The notes: generated by a model from the letters alone, not told the origin. Shown: positions 1 to 9,110, numbered from the stretch's first letter. The stretch: 64,000 bases of DNA from a virus (IMGVR_UViG_2825118518_000002:50217-114216); one strand, 5' to 3'. Translations and numbers: made by a program.

Positions 1-172
1 GTCCGAGGCATCGATGACCAAAGTATATGTGCCGCCATTGGCCAGGATGTTGTCGATTCCTGCTCGATCAGCAGCGGTGAGAGCCACCATTTTTCATCGT
101 CCTCCTCGAATCTTGCACGGTAGTCGGTTCCACTCACTGGAGATCACATTCCAGAACCGAGTACAACCGACA

Positions 173-457
173 ATGAGCGATACACTTCCGTCCGGTGAGA
201 TCCTTGAGTTGATCAAGGGACAGGCCCGGCTCGAGACCAAACTCGACCAGTTTTTCTCGAGCCAGACGGCCATGAAGAGCGAGATCGACACCCTGAAGGT
301 CGATATCGGCGCCGTGAAAGCCGATATCGCCGAGATCAAAGTCCAGCGCCGGATCACCAAGGGCTATATTTCGTTCATTGTCGCCGGCGTCTCGCTGGTT
401 GCGGGTGTCGTCGGCCAGTTTATCGATCCCCTCATGAAAAAATTGTTCGGCGTATAA
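173..457 (+). CDS. Coiled-coil protein with C-terminal TM helix (XhlA/holin-like phage membrane protein)
   Basis: ATG at 173; heptad-like LETKLDQF..IDTLKVDIGAVKADIAEIK followed by hydrophobic ISFIVAGVSLVAGVVG. Confidence 0.6.
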   Translation: MSDTLPSGEILELIKGQARLETKLDQFFSSQTAMKSEIDTLKVDIGAVKADIAEIKVQRRITKGYISFIVAGVSLVAGVVGQFIDPLMKKLFGV

Positions 458-598
458 TCGTTGGGCGGCCCAATGTCGTCAACCGGATTGCCGATACGCT
501 CGCAAAAACAAAGCGTTGACGACTTGCGGCGGAGTCCGCCGACGCAAACCATCTTTTCAGACCTGCTCAAAGAAGCGGGCTATTGAAAGGATACCGAA

Positions 599-2494
599 AT
601 GCAGAATTCAAGCAGGTCCGCAGTCCGTCCGCTCATAGAAGACGTTCCCGCCGTCCGGCAAATGCTTGCCGATGGCACTCGTTACACTGACATCTGGAAA
701 TCTCTCGGCATCACAAAACAACGGCTGGATCGCATCAAGAAATTAATCGCCGAAATCGACACCGCCGAACCAGCCGCCGTTGAGCCGCCTGCTCCGGCAC
801 CTAAATCCCCCAAGATCAAGCCGAAGACCGAAAATGATCTTCGGGAACGGATTGCCACCGATGAACTCACGGTGCCGTTTTCGAACTGGCTCGGGAACGG
901 CTGGTACCGTGAATCCGGAGATCCGCAGGAAATCTTCGAAACCGACGAGAATGGCGAGCAGCAGCTCGTAGGCATGAAGATCGACCCCGGTGTTCTCTGG
1001 CCGGACGAATGGAATGGACCGAAGTCGCTCGACGATATCTGGATCAGCCCGAACGTGCCTGCTCCTCGTCGATCGAGGAAAGCGGGTATCATCGTCTCGA
1101 TGCACCAAGCACAGACTCCGACCCACGGGCCGTTTGCGGTGAACCTGCATGCTCTCGCGGTCGCACTGGGCGGATACGACATCCTTCTTGGTGGTGCGAC
1201 CTACGGGAAGAGCCTGTTCACGAAGAAGCGGAAGCGTGACATCCTCGAAGTCGCGCCGTGGTCGTCGATGGTCTCCCATCTGGTCACCCGCAGTCGGCAG
1301 CATCTCGCTCCTGGTGTGCAGTTCTGCGCCGAGATGAACATGCGTCCAACGAAATCGAATCCGCTCACAGGCCTCAACGGATATATCCGCGGAACGACGT
1401 CGATCTTCGCTCATCCTAAACGCGCCATCGTCTCCGTGCCGCGGCCGCAATTCTCCGATCCGGTGACGATGTGGACGACAGGCGCATGCAGCGTGCCAAA
1501 CTACGTCGAGCAAGAAGCCGGGTTGAAGGGGCTTCAGCGTCATACCATCGGCGCCGTCATCGTTGAGATCGACAACGAGGATCGCATCTTCGTCCGCAAT
1601 ATCGATGCCGATCCCGAAACCGGAAATTTCTTCGATCTGGATCTCTTCGTCTCAGGCGGGAACGTCTACACGATCGACGAAGCGATTGAGGAATCTCAGG
1701 GACAGCTCGAGCGCCCATTCCTCGGCATCCCGTGCACGCATCGCGCCGGGATCCACCCACCCTATGCTCGCGCGATGTGGGGATATGGTGGCAACCCGGA
1801 GGGTGACCGTCCTCTGATCGATCTTGTCCGTGCTCGTGGCCAAGCTTTCAATGACCTCTTCGACGGTCAGGCGATCAATCACCACGAAGATCGGAATCCG
1901 CTGGCGCTCTATCGCCGACACGCGGACAAGAAGCAGTTCGTTGAGCCTGAGATCGATCAGGCAGCGCGCTTCTTGTCGGAGACTGCAAGGCCCTGGTGCA
2001 AGAGCTACATCGTCTATTCCAACCACGACGACTTCCTAAAGCGGTGGCTTGAGCGGCCTTCTACTGAGGTATCCGTCGAGAACTCGAAGCTGTGGCACCT
2101 CGCCAACTATGAATGCCGCGCTGCCATCGATCGTGGCGATGCTTTCGACGTCTTCGAGTGGGTCATTCGCCGTTCGAATCCGTCAGCCGAGTTCGAACTG
2201 GTGAACGCAGACAAGCCACTCCACGTGTACGGCACCTACTACAATTTCCACGGAGATGTCGGCGCGAACGGCGCCCGAGGATCCACCGCAGGGCTGGCGA
2301 AGCTCGGGCTGAAGATCTCGAAGGCCCACGACCACGGCCTCGGCTGGATCGACGACTGCATCTCCATGGGCAACCTGATCCACCGTGCTGACTATGCTAA
2401 GGGGCCGACGGGATGGGTCGGCGCTTGGCATCTCGGACACTCAGACGGAAACAGACAAGTTGGTCTTCTCGTCGGCGACAAGTATCGAGCCTAG
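599..2494 (+). CDS. T5 A1-like calcineurin-type metallophosphoesterase/nuclease with N-terminal HTH-like region
   Basis: 631 aa; motifs HPK, WTTGACSVPNY, NDLFDGQAINHH, YSNHDDFLKRWL, FHGDVGANGARGS, AHDH, YAKGPTGW recalled from the A1 family. Confidence 0.7.
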   Translation: MQNSSRSAVRPLIEDVPAVRQMLADGTRYTDIWKSLGITKQRLDRIKKLIAEIDTAEPAAVEPPAPAPKSPKIKPKTENDLRERIATDELTVPFSNWLGNGWYRESGDPQEIFETDENGEQQLVGMKIDPGVLWPDEWNGPKSLDDIWISPNVPAPRRSRKAGIIVSMHQAQTPTHGPFAVNLHALAVALGGYDILLGGATYGKSLFTKKRKRDILEVAPWSSMVSHLVTRSRQHLAPGVQFCAEMNMRPTKSNPLTGLNGYIRGTTSIFAHPKRAIVSVPRPQFSDPVTMWTTGACSVPNYVEQEAGLKGLQRHTIGAVIVEIDNEDRIFVRNIDADPETGNFFDLDLFVSGGNVYTIDEAIEESQGQLERPFLGIPCTHRAGIHPPYARAMWGYGGNPEGDRPLIDLVRARGQAFNDLFDGQAINHHEDRNPLALYRRHADKKQFVEPEIDQAARFLSETARPWCKSYIVYSNHDDFLKRWLERPSTEVSVENSKLWHLANYECRAAIDRGDAFDVFEWVIRRSNPSAEFELVNADKPLHVYGTYYNFHGDVGANGARGSTAGLAKLGLKISKAHDHGLGWIDDCISMGNLIHRADYAKGPTGWVGAWHLGHSDGNRQVGLLVGDKYRA

Positions 2495-2853
2495 TCTTCG
2501 GCTTCCTCTTCCTGAAGTCCAAGCTCCGTGTATAGCGCGTCTTGGTCAATTGATCCCGTCGTGCGGAAAGCCCGCATCTCCGCCGAGACCAACTGACCAG
2601 CCCGTAACGGGGTCGCGCCCTCGAGCGTCGTTGCTTTGAGTAGGCCATAACCACCGCGTTGCTCGAGTGGATACATCAGGAGTCCGAACTCAGCCGCCCA
2701 TTCGACAACACTAGTCCTAAACGCCGCCTTCAGCGTGGTGCGTCTGGAAACTGTTTTCAGCGTCTGATCGCTGATGCGAGCGCGAGTGCGTTCAGATCTG
2801 TGCAGCATCGTGGCGAGCAGTAGGGCAGTATCAGCAGACGACATGTAGGCCAT
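2491..2853 (-). CDS. Hypothetical protein
   Basis: 120 aa ORF with GGAGG RBS upstream; convergent with the A1-like gene. Confidence 0.65.
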   Translation of the reverse strand: MAYMSSADTALLLATMLHRSERTRARISDQTLKTVSRRTTLKAAFRTSVVEWAAEFGLLMYPLEQRGGYGLLKATTLEGATPLRAGQLVSAEMRAFRTTGSIDQDALYTELGLQEEEAED

Positions 2854-2991
2854 GGTTGACGATCCTCCTTCAGGATTTGTGTGATCCTAAATAAGGATTT
2901 TTTGGATCTCGTCAATCGAGTTTTGCTGCCGGCGATTTCCTTGTGTTTTGTAATGTTAGAACATAACATGAGTATCACTCTGGAGACTATC

Positions 2992-3243
2992 ATGGCTGCC
3001 ACATACCTACCCACCCCTTTCAAATGCGCAACGGCAGTGGAGATCGAGGCCAAGCTCTCCGCGGAAGTCATTCAGCACATTGATGCTCGGCGACTGTCCT
3101 CGGCCGAAATCAGCCGCCGATATCCGACAATCCGTCTCGAACATCTCCAGAAACTTCGCCGCGGGGAGCCTCTAAATTTCAGGGTCCTGTCGGCGCTCAT
3201 CGAAGCTACGGGCGCGCCCGTCAACATCCGGGTGAACTCATGA
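2992..3243 (+). CDS. Small XRE/HTH-like DNA-binding protein
   Basis: GGAG RBS then ATG at 2992; LSSAEISRRY..LQKLRRGE..FRVLSALIEATG pattern; stop overlaps the lysin start (ATGA). Confidence 0.55.
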   Translation: MAATYLPTPFKCATAVEIEAKLSAEVIQHIDARRLSSAEISRRYPTIRLEHLQKLRRGEPLNFRVLSALIEATGAPVNIRVNS

Positions 3244-4061
3244 AATTCACGTACCCCCGCGCCATGAAGCAGATCCGCATCTTCGAAGGCGGCTGGTCGA
3301 ACCACCCGAAAGATCCGGGCGGCGCCACCATGTACGGCATCATCCAGCGGGAATACGATGCTTACCGGACACTCAAGGATCGCTCGAAGCAGTCGGTCCG
3401 GTTGATCACCGAAGACGAGGTCGCCGAGATCTATCGCAGTCAGTATGCGGACAAGGTTCGCTACGACGACCTGCCTGCAGGTGTCGATTTCGCGACTCTC
3501 GACGGCGCCATCAATTCGGGTGTATCGCGCGGATCCAAATGGCTTCAAGGTGCCCTCGGTATTGCCGCCGACGGAGTGGTCGGCGCGCAGACGGTTGCTG
3601 CGGCTGCCAAGGCCGATGCCCTGAAGACCATCAAGGCCATCTACAGCAAGCGCACTGGGTTCCTCCGCGGGCTGACGACATTCAGCACATTCGGCAAAGG
3701 GTGGATCTCCAGGTGCACGACTGGCGAGGCGTTCTCGATGAAGCTCCAACTCGATCAGCGTGCCACATCCCCGGCATCACAACAGATCGTCCTTCTGTCG
3801 GAATCCACGACAGCATCTAAGAATTCGAAGACTGCAGGTGCAGGCGTTGCGGGATCTGCGGCTTCTTCAGCGACATCCAGCACGCAGATCGACACGTCGA
3901 ATCTTGCAGGACTGGAGAGCATTCTGGTGATCGGAGCGGTCATCGGTCTCGCCGTGCTGACCGTCTACCTTATCCACCGTTATCGCGTCCAGAAGGCCAG
4001 ATCCGAGGCCTACGCCGCTGTAGCGGCAACCGCCACTGAAGCTTCAGGAGCTGCCGCATGA
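3240..4061 (+). CDS. Glycoside hydrolase family 108 endolysin with peptidoglycan-binding domain and C-terminal TM helix
   Basis: FEGGWSNHPKDPGGATMYGI, DGAINSG, ADGVVGAQT, FGKGWISR motifs. Confidence 0.9.
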   Translation: MKFTYPRAMKQIRIFEGGWSNHPKDPGGATMYGIIQREYDAYRTLKDRSKQSVRLITEDEVAEIYRSQYADKVRYDDLPAGVDFATLDGAINSGVSRGSKWLQGALGIAADGVVGAQTVAAAAKADALKTIKAIYSKRTGFLRGLTTFSTFGKGWISRCTTGEAFSMKLQLDQRATSPASQQIVLLSESTTASKNSKTAGAGVAGSAASSATSSTQIDTSNLAGLESILVIGAVIGLAVLTVYLIHRYRVQKARSEAYAAVAATATEASGAAA

Positions 4062-4300
4062 ATCCGAGAATGCTCGATCTCGTCCGAACCCTTGTCACGA
4101 TCGTCGCGACCGTGCTCCTTGCGGACAGCAAGCTGTCCCCGGATGACATCAATACCCTTGCAGCCGGCGCCACAATTGCTCTGACGCTTGGCTACGGCAT
4201 CTATGAACGCAAGCACGAAGGTTGGAAATTCGGCCGGAAGCGCTTCGAGCCGGGCGCCGAGATCAAGGACGGCGGCCAGACATGGGTCTGTAAAGAGTGA
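4058..4300 (+). CDS. Putative holin (two TM helices)
   Basis: Overlaps the lysin stop; two hydrophobic segments and a basic tail. Confidence 0.55.
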   Translation: MNPRMLDLVRTLVTIVATVLLADSKLSPDDINTLAAGATIALTLGYGIYERKHEGWKFGRKRFEPGAEIKDGGQTWVCKE

Positions 4301-4560
4301 TGATGATGTTGACGGCACTGTTCGCATGGATGACCTCGTCGTGCGGTAAGGTCGTGGCCAAATGGGGCGCCATCGCCGCCGCCGTCGGACTGGCCTACTG
4401 GCGAATCCGAGAATCCGGTCGCGCTGCCGAACGAGCTGATCGGGCGTGCGAGACCACCAAGGCAGCCGCCAACCGAGAGAAGATCCATGACCAGGTTTCG
4501 AAACTGCCTGACGCTGATGTTCGTGATGAGCTGTCTGGCTGGGTGCGCGACGACATCTGA
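4297..4560 (+). CDS. Putative inner-membrane spanin (Rz-like)
   Basis: N-terminal TM segment then charged helical region; in the lysis cassette. Confidence 0.6.
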   Translation: MMMMLTALFAWMTSSCGKVVAKWGAIAAAVGLAYWRIRESGRAAERADRACETTKAAANREKIHDQVSKLPDADVRDELSGWVRDDI

Positions 4561-4687
4561 CTGGTGCGCGTCCAACCGTCCGATCCGTCCGACCACCGAG
4601 GATGTCGCAACGATGTCATCGGGAACGGCTCGACAGATCCTAGAGCATAATCGAAGCGGTCAAGATCTGTGCGGATGGAAGCCTTGA
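4487..4687 (+). CDS. Putative outer-membrane spanin lipoprotein (Rz1-like)
   Basis: Overlaps the 3' end of the Rz-like gene in another frame; lipobox LAGC; C-terminal CGWKP. Confidence 0.7.
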   Translation: MTRFRNCLTLMFVMSCLAGCATTSDWCASNRPIRPTTEDVATMSSGTARQILEHNRSGQDLCGWKP

Positions 4688-4912
4688 TCACGCCGTGAAG
4701 CCGGAGATGACCAGTAGCACGACAACGAAAGCCGCCAGCGCCGAGTAAAGCTTCAGCTTGCTCTTGTCGATCCGGAGAACGATGATCTCGCGCTCAAGTG
4801 GCGCACCGAGTGACTGAGGCTCGAGTACGGTCTCGCGGTAGCTCTCGACGAAAGGCACCCGACCGCGTTCGAGCCGATCTCTCCGCTCATCCATTCTTCT
4901 TCTCGGATCCAT
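4688..4912 (-). CDS. Small membrane protein
   Basis: 74 aa ORF with C-terminal TM segment. Confidence 0.45.
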   Translation of the reverse strand: MDPRRRMDERRDRLERGRVPFVESYRETVLEPQSLGAPLEREIIVLRIDKSKLKLYSALAAFVVVLLVISGFTA

Positions 4913-4930
4913 CTTCGCCCCATTATGCGC

Positions 4931-5012
4931 CTTAAGTCGCGAACAGCGACAATTTCCGTTCTTAAGTCGCGTTTATCGACAGATACAGCCCTATCCGCCG
5001 TCTTAAGTCGTG
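4931..5012. repeat. Three direct repeats CTTAAGTCG(C/T)G (res- or operator-like)
   Basis: Copies start at 4931, 4961 and 5002 in an intergenic gap; the first two carry an internal GTCG-N7-CGAC dyad. Confidence 0.75.
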
Positions 5013-5031
5013 AATATCTTACAGCTTAAAC

Positions 5032-5553
5032 CTATACATTCTTCGAGCGCTTCACTCGCACCCAGCGACCCCACTTCTCTTGCGGGTAGGCAATCTGCGT
5101 GATCTCGCGATTGCGCTGGAGTGCCTCATGCTGCCGAGCATGCCGCTCTGCGACCTTCCAACGATAGTAGACGGTTCCGGCAAGCGCGATGATGCACAGC
5201 GCGACGACCAGCCATGCGGCGGCCCAAATGATCCAGACGATGCCCACGAGGAGATAGTCATCTCCGTTCTTGAAATTCGACGCGAAGATCAGTTCGATCA
5301 GTCCGTCTTTTATGATGATGATCGGCGCCGCCAACATAAGAAAGAAGATGGCGAGGTATGGCAGCGCCCCCATCATCAGACGCTCCCAGCGGATCTGCCA
5401 GAGGTCTTCGTGGTAAAACCCTTGCGCCTGGTGGCCGATCCTTCCGGTGTAGTATCCAGCCATGCATAGAAAGAAAATTGCCAAAACTGCGTAGCCACCA
5501 GCAAGCGCATAGAACATTCGCGGAATTCCCCCAGGCAGCCGCAACTTCTGCAT
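5032..5553 (-). CDS. Multi-pass membrane protein (cargo gene)
   Basis: 173 aa with three hydrophobic segments; opposite to the lysis genes. Confidence 0.6.
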   Translation of the reverse strand: MQKLRLPGGIPRMFYALAGGYAVLAIFFLCMAGYYTGRIGHQAQGFYHEDLWQIRWERLMMGALPYLAIFFLMLAAPIIIIKDGLIELIFASNFKNGDDYLLVGIVWIIWAAAWLVVALCIIALAGTVYYRWKVAERHARQHEALQRNREITQIAYPQEKWGRWVRVKRSKNV

Positions 5554-5707
5554 TTATAATCCCGCGAAGATATCGCGTCGAGGGGGCAGATCCTCGCTTC
5601 CAGGATAGCAATCCATGCTTCCTGGGACGAATCCGCCGGCGCTTTCGGTTGTTTGTGGGTTTCGGCCGACGGCAGGATCCTGGTCTCGTCAGACAAGGAG
5701 AACATAC

Positions 5708-6259
5708 ATGCTGAAGAAAGCCCTGAACCCGATCTGGTACCTGAACGGCCTGACGGCCATCCTGCACGATCTGTTCGGACGAATGCTGCGGTGGCTGGGC
5801 CTAATGAAATCGCAGCCGCCCATCGCCCACGACAACACGCAGGTTGATGATGTTCTAGCCGCGGCTGAGCAGGCAGCCGAGGATGCGGCGGCAATGGAAG
5901 AGCTGGGTAAGCAGATGACCCCGGCCGAAGTCGTGCGCAAATATGCGAAAGCGAATGAAGAAGATCGTCCGAGCATCGATCTGTCAGCTCTGACTGCGCA
6001 GCAGCAAGACTGGCTTCTGAGCCGATCTGATGTAGATCTGGTTTTCCTCGCGAACGAGACCGATACCGGACTCGAGCGCTCGTTGGAAGCTCTGCAAGTG
6101 TTTCGATGGAAACCGCGTCGTCCAGAACAAGAGCCAGCCCCAGTTCTGTCGACGACGCCGATGTCAGATGAAGAAAAAGCGCTTTTCATTCGCGCCCGCG
6201 TCTCGGAACTCTGGCTACCGAACGGAAGCGCCAATCCGGAACCGAAGTACCGAGGGTGA
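5708..6259 (+). CDS. Hypothetical protein
   Basis: AAGGAG RBS then ATG at 5708; 183 aa. Confidence 0.65.
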   Translation: MLKKALNPIWYLNGLTAILHDLFGRMLRWLGLMKSQPPIAHDNTQVDDVLAAAEQAAEDAAAMEELGKQMTPAEVVRKYAKANEEDRPSIDLSALTAQQQDWLLSRSDVDLVFLANETDTGLERSLEALQVFRWKPRRPEQEPAPVLSTTPMSDEEKALFIRARVSELWLPNGSANPEPKYRG

Positions 6260-6420
6260 GCGGTCAACTGTCACCCTGTCGCATCTCATTCCGAAACCGC
6301 CCGAGGTCACGGCCGGGCGGTTCTCGACTTCAAAGCGTTTCAGCGCCTCGAAAAGTTCCGGGATCTCGAACAAAATGTCGCCGAACTGCGCGACGAGGCC
6401 TTCGTCGGAGAGATCAGGGA

Positions 6421-6756
6421 TCATGCTGCACTCCGTGCGCGGTTGCGGTCGATGAATGCCTGACGCTGTGCCAGCACCGTCTTGAGCTGGCGAACTTCCG
6501 CTTCGAGAGCGGCGATGCGCCGTGCACCAGCGATAGCAAGACGGCCGAGTTCGTCCGCGCGACTAAGGGCTTCGGCGAGGTCGCGTGCCTCCCGACGGCG
6601 CATGTCCGCTTCACGAACACGATCTGCATGGCGGATCCCATTCATGAGACCGCCGGAAAGCGCCTGGGCGACGCCGTAGGACAGGACTCCAACCTGGAGC
6701 GCTGCGCTGACCGCGGGATCGGGAGCAATGTGTCGGTGCATGCGAACCTCCTTCAA
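6421..6756 (-). CDS. Hypothetical coiled-coil protein
   Basis: GGAGG RBS before internal ATG; RRIAALEAEVRQLKTVL heptads; overlaps the next small ORF 6215-6424. Confidence 0.55.
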   Translation of the reverse strand: MKEVRMHRHIAPDPAVSAALQVGVLSYGVAQALSGGLMNGIRHADRVREADMRRREARDLAEALSRADELGRLAIAGARRIAALEAEVRQLKTVLAQRQAFIDRNRARSAA

Positions 6757-6863
6757 TCAAGAGAGGCCGACGCTATACGGACCCGGAACATTTGAGAGCC
6801 CCGCTGAGCGAAAATTCTGCTGCCAGTGTAAACAGAGTACGATCGGGAACACTGACTGGTCCG

Positions 6864-7163
6864 TTATCGCTTCATGCGACCGAGCTTCATTCGATTGCCA
6901 ATCCTATTGTTGCATTTCGTACATCGAAGTCTCGGAAACAATGTCACGATAGGAGTCCGCTTGCCGTATCGCCGCGACAGCTCCCAGCGGTCGAGCCAGC
7001 CAGTGTGACTGCACATCGCACAACACCCCGCGAGCAGGTACCATTGTTCGAGTTGCTCGAAAGTGAGGTCGTCATCCTTGGACTGCTTGAACGGCGCGGC
7101 CGCATCCGCCGCATGGGCGGCCGCTGGAACTCCGGGGGCGGAGGATCCGGCGCCTTCTCGCAT
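6864..7163 (-). CDS. Zinc-ribbon hypothetical protein (last gene of the LexA-box operon; start uncertain)
   Basis: CAMCSH...LRCTKCNN cysteine pairs. Confidence 0.55.
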   Translation of the reverse strand: MREGAGSSAPGVPAAAHAADAAAPFKQSKDDDLTFEQLEQWYLLAGCCAMCSHTGWLDRWELSRRYGKRTPIVTLFPRLRCTKCNNRIGNRMKLGRMKR

Positions 7164-7432
7164 GACATCCTGTGACGACCATTGAGGTGAACAAGAACTT
7201 TACCAGGCCGGGCACGTAGCGACGCCCTGTAAGCTGCCATCGAGACTGAGAAATCGGTGGCGCGCGATATCGTCTCCAAAATCTCGCCGCCGGATTCGGG
7301 CTCATCGCTCCAGACTTCAACGCGATAGGTATGCTCCGTCGAGTCCGATCCAGATCGACGACTGCCTTCGCCAACTGTGTAACCGACGTCGGAAACTGTC
7401 CGTACGAGATCGATACCCTTGCGATGCTTCAT
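6944..7432 (-). CDS. Hypothetical protein (MKHRKGIDL...)
   Basis: ATG overlaps the stop of 7432-7662; the C-terminal part overlaps the zinc-ribbon ORF and may be spurious. Confidence 0.45.
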   Translation of the reverse strand: MKHRKGIDLVRTVSDVGYTVGEGSRRSGSDSTEHTYRVEVWSDEPESGGEILETISRATDFSVSMAAYRASLRARPGKVLVHLNGRHRMSCEKAPDPPPPEFQRPPMRRMRPRRSSSPRMTTSLSSNSNNGTCSRGVVRCAVTLAGSTAGSCRGDTASGLLS

Positions 7433-7662
7433 CAGACGCGCTCGTACTGAGGCTTCCAACCGCGGCCTATCCCCTTCGACATCAGGCTGCTGGCGATGAA
7501 AAGCTGGTCGCGCAGGAAATCAGCGTCTTCAAGAAGAGATCGGATTGCAGCGACTGCATCACCATCGTGGGCCTGTAGGACAGACACGGCGAGATCGATT
7601 TCTGAAGCGGACTGGGTGACAGTTTCTTCGACAGCAATATCGAGAGCGAGCTGTTGGGTCAT
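7432..7662 (-). CDS. Small hypothetical protein, first gene after the LexA box
   Basis: AAGGAG RBS; 76 aa; AHDGDAVAAIRSLLEDADFLRDQL...SKGIGRGWKP. Confidence 0.75.
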   Translation of the reverse strand: MTQQLALDIAVEETVTQSASEIDLAVSVLQAHDGDAVAAIRSLLEDADFLRDQLFIASSLMSKGIGRGWKPQYERV

Positions 7663-7702
7663 GAGATCTCCTTAGGAATAGCTTCCGTCGTCAACGGAAT
7701 TT

Positions 7703-7717
7703 GTTCCTATTTTGTTC
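7703..7717 (-). promoter_or_regulatory. Alphaproteobacterial LexA (SOS) box
   Basis: Exact GTTC-N7-GTTC (GTTCCTATTTTGTTC) about 40 bp upstream of the 7662 start. Confidence 0.85.
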
Positions 7718-7732
7718 TCATTGGCTCCGGAG

Positions 7733-8014
7733 TCAAGCGGGGTCTTTGCAGACTGTCGCGACGACGCGCTTGTTCTTGAGGATAAGGTCACCGAGGTCGG
7801 CATCGCCGCTGAGGACGGATAGGAGCTGGTCGAGATCTGGGCGATAGAGATCGTAGGCATAGACTTCTGATGTCGGGACTTCGTAGCCGTCTTCCAGTTC
7901 GATTTCGGCGCGCACCTCGCGAAGCTCTTTCGCGACCTCTTCAATGGAGTTGCCGAATCCGGTGACCGTGCTTGCGGCCGGATCGACTGCGTATGCGTAG
8001 ACTGTGATGCCCAT
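7733..8014 (-). CDS. Hypothetical acidic protein
   Basis: GGAG RBS before ATG at 8014; 93 aa. Confidence 0.55.
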   Translation of the reverse strand: MGITVYAYAVDPAASTVTGFGNSIEEVAKELREVRAEIELEDGYEVPTSEVYAYDLYRPDLDQLLSVLSGDADLGDLILKNKRVVATVCKDPA

Positions 8015-8100
8015 GACGATCTCCACTGTTGGTCGAGGAGAGATATCCCGGATCACACGATCGATGTCCACTGTAGGATTCTACAGTGGACCATTACCGA

Positions 8101-8736
8101 TCAGGATGTCGCCGTCTCTGTTTCGGGTTCAACCACAGACGTTCGCCTCCTAGCTGAAGGGCCTGCACGCTTCAGGAGATCGAACAGATAATAGATGTGT
8201 TCATCGGTCAATGCTATGCCAGCATACCAATCGCGATGGCCTTGAGCTTTGAACAAGGCGCCACTGACCTCTGGCCAGACACGGTGCAGGGCATTCAAAC
8301 TTCCGTGGTTGTTGTGTTTCAGAGCATTGGCAAGACGGTGGACTCTAGCGAAGTCTGCCGGGATCTCGATATTCATTTCCCTGGCAGCTGCTTCCAATTC
8401 TGCGTGCTTGCCGTCCGAGAGCTTGCAGAATACCCGGATCTTTCGTTCCCAGTAGTGATAGATGGCCATAGCGAAAGCCTTCCTGAGTTCTCCATAGGCC
8501 TCCCCAAGCGTCTCCATCTTATAGTTATAGACATCGGCGGGATCGAAGAGCGTAGAGCCATCTTCGGCGAACTCTAGCTGGTTTTGGTACTCCCCGGATT
8601 GCAAGAGCGCTTCCCACGCTTCGGTTTCCTCTCGGCTTTTAGCCTGTATTCCTTTCGCTGCAGCGGTGAAGCTATCGCGGAGACAATCGATGCCCGATTC
8701 ATACATCCATCCGTGCACGCTGAAATTAAGCTTCAC
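8101..8736 (-). CDS. Helical hypothetical protein with HEPN-like R-x6-H motif (possible defence RNase)
   Basis: GGGAGG RBS + GTG at 8736; YHYWERKI and RLANALKH motifs; lower GC than flanks. Confidence 0.5.
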   Translation of the reverse strand: MKLNFSVHGWMYESGIDCLRDSFTAAAKGIQAKSREETEAWEALLQSGEYQNQLEFAEDGSTLFDPADVYNYKMETLGEAYGELRKAFAMAIYHYWERKIRVFCKLSDGKHAELEAAAREMNIEIPADFARVHRLANALKHNNHGSLNALHRVWPEVSGALFKAQGHRDWYAGIALTDEHIYYLFDLLKRAGPSARRRTSVVEPETETATS

Positions 8737-9029
8737 GCAAACCCTCCCCGTATCTTCAGATCGTCGGCACCGAGCCGCGTCATCTGAAGAACACGACATT
8801 TCGCAAGTCAATAAGCGAGGATCTCGAATCTTGCAGGGGCCTGGGCGACGATCACCCAGCTCATCCTTGCTGAAGCTATCAGCCGCTCAGTTCAAAACTG
8901 AGGGGCTACGGCTCCCCGCTGCGGCCGAACATCTCGGCGACGGATGCGGATTAGGCTTGAGATTGCGTTCCAGTGTTTTGAACTTAGAGGCTCATAGCTT
9001 CAGCAAAACACAGTTGAGAATCTTGCTCA

Positions 9030-9081
9030 CCGACGGTTTCCGACGGGTTGGAAAATCCAATCTGTCGGTCAATCTGTCGGT
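9030..9081. repeat. Putative integrase arm-type sites of the left element
   Basis: CCGACGG at 9030 and 9040, then near-inverted CAATCTGTCGGT at 9058 and 9070, 60-110 bp from the att core. Confidence 0.6.
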
Positions 9082-9110
9082 GGCGATTTCGGGCGTCCAT
9101 TAGCGGAAAT

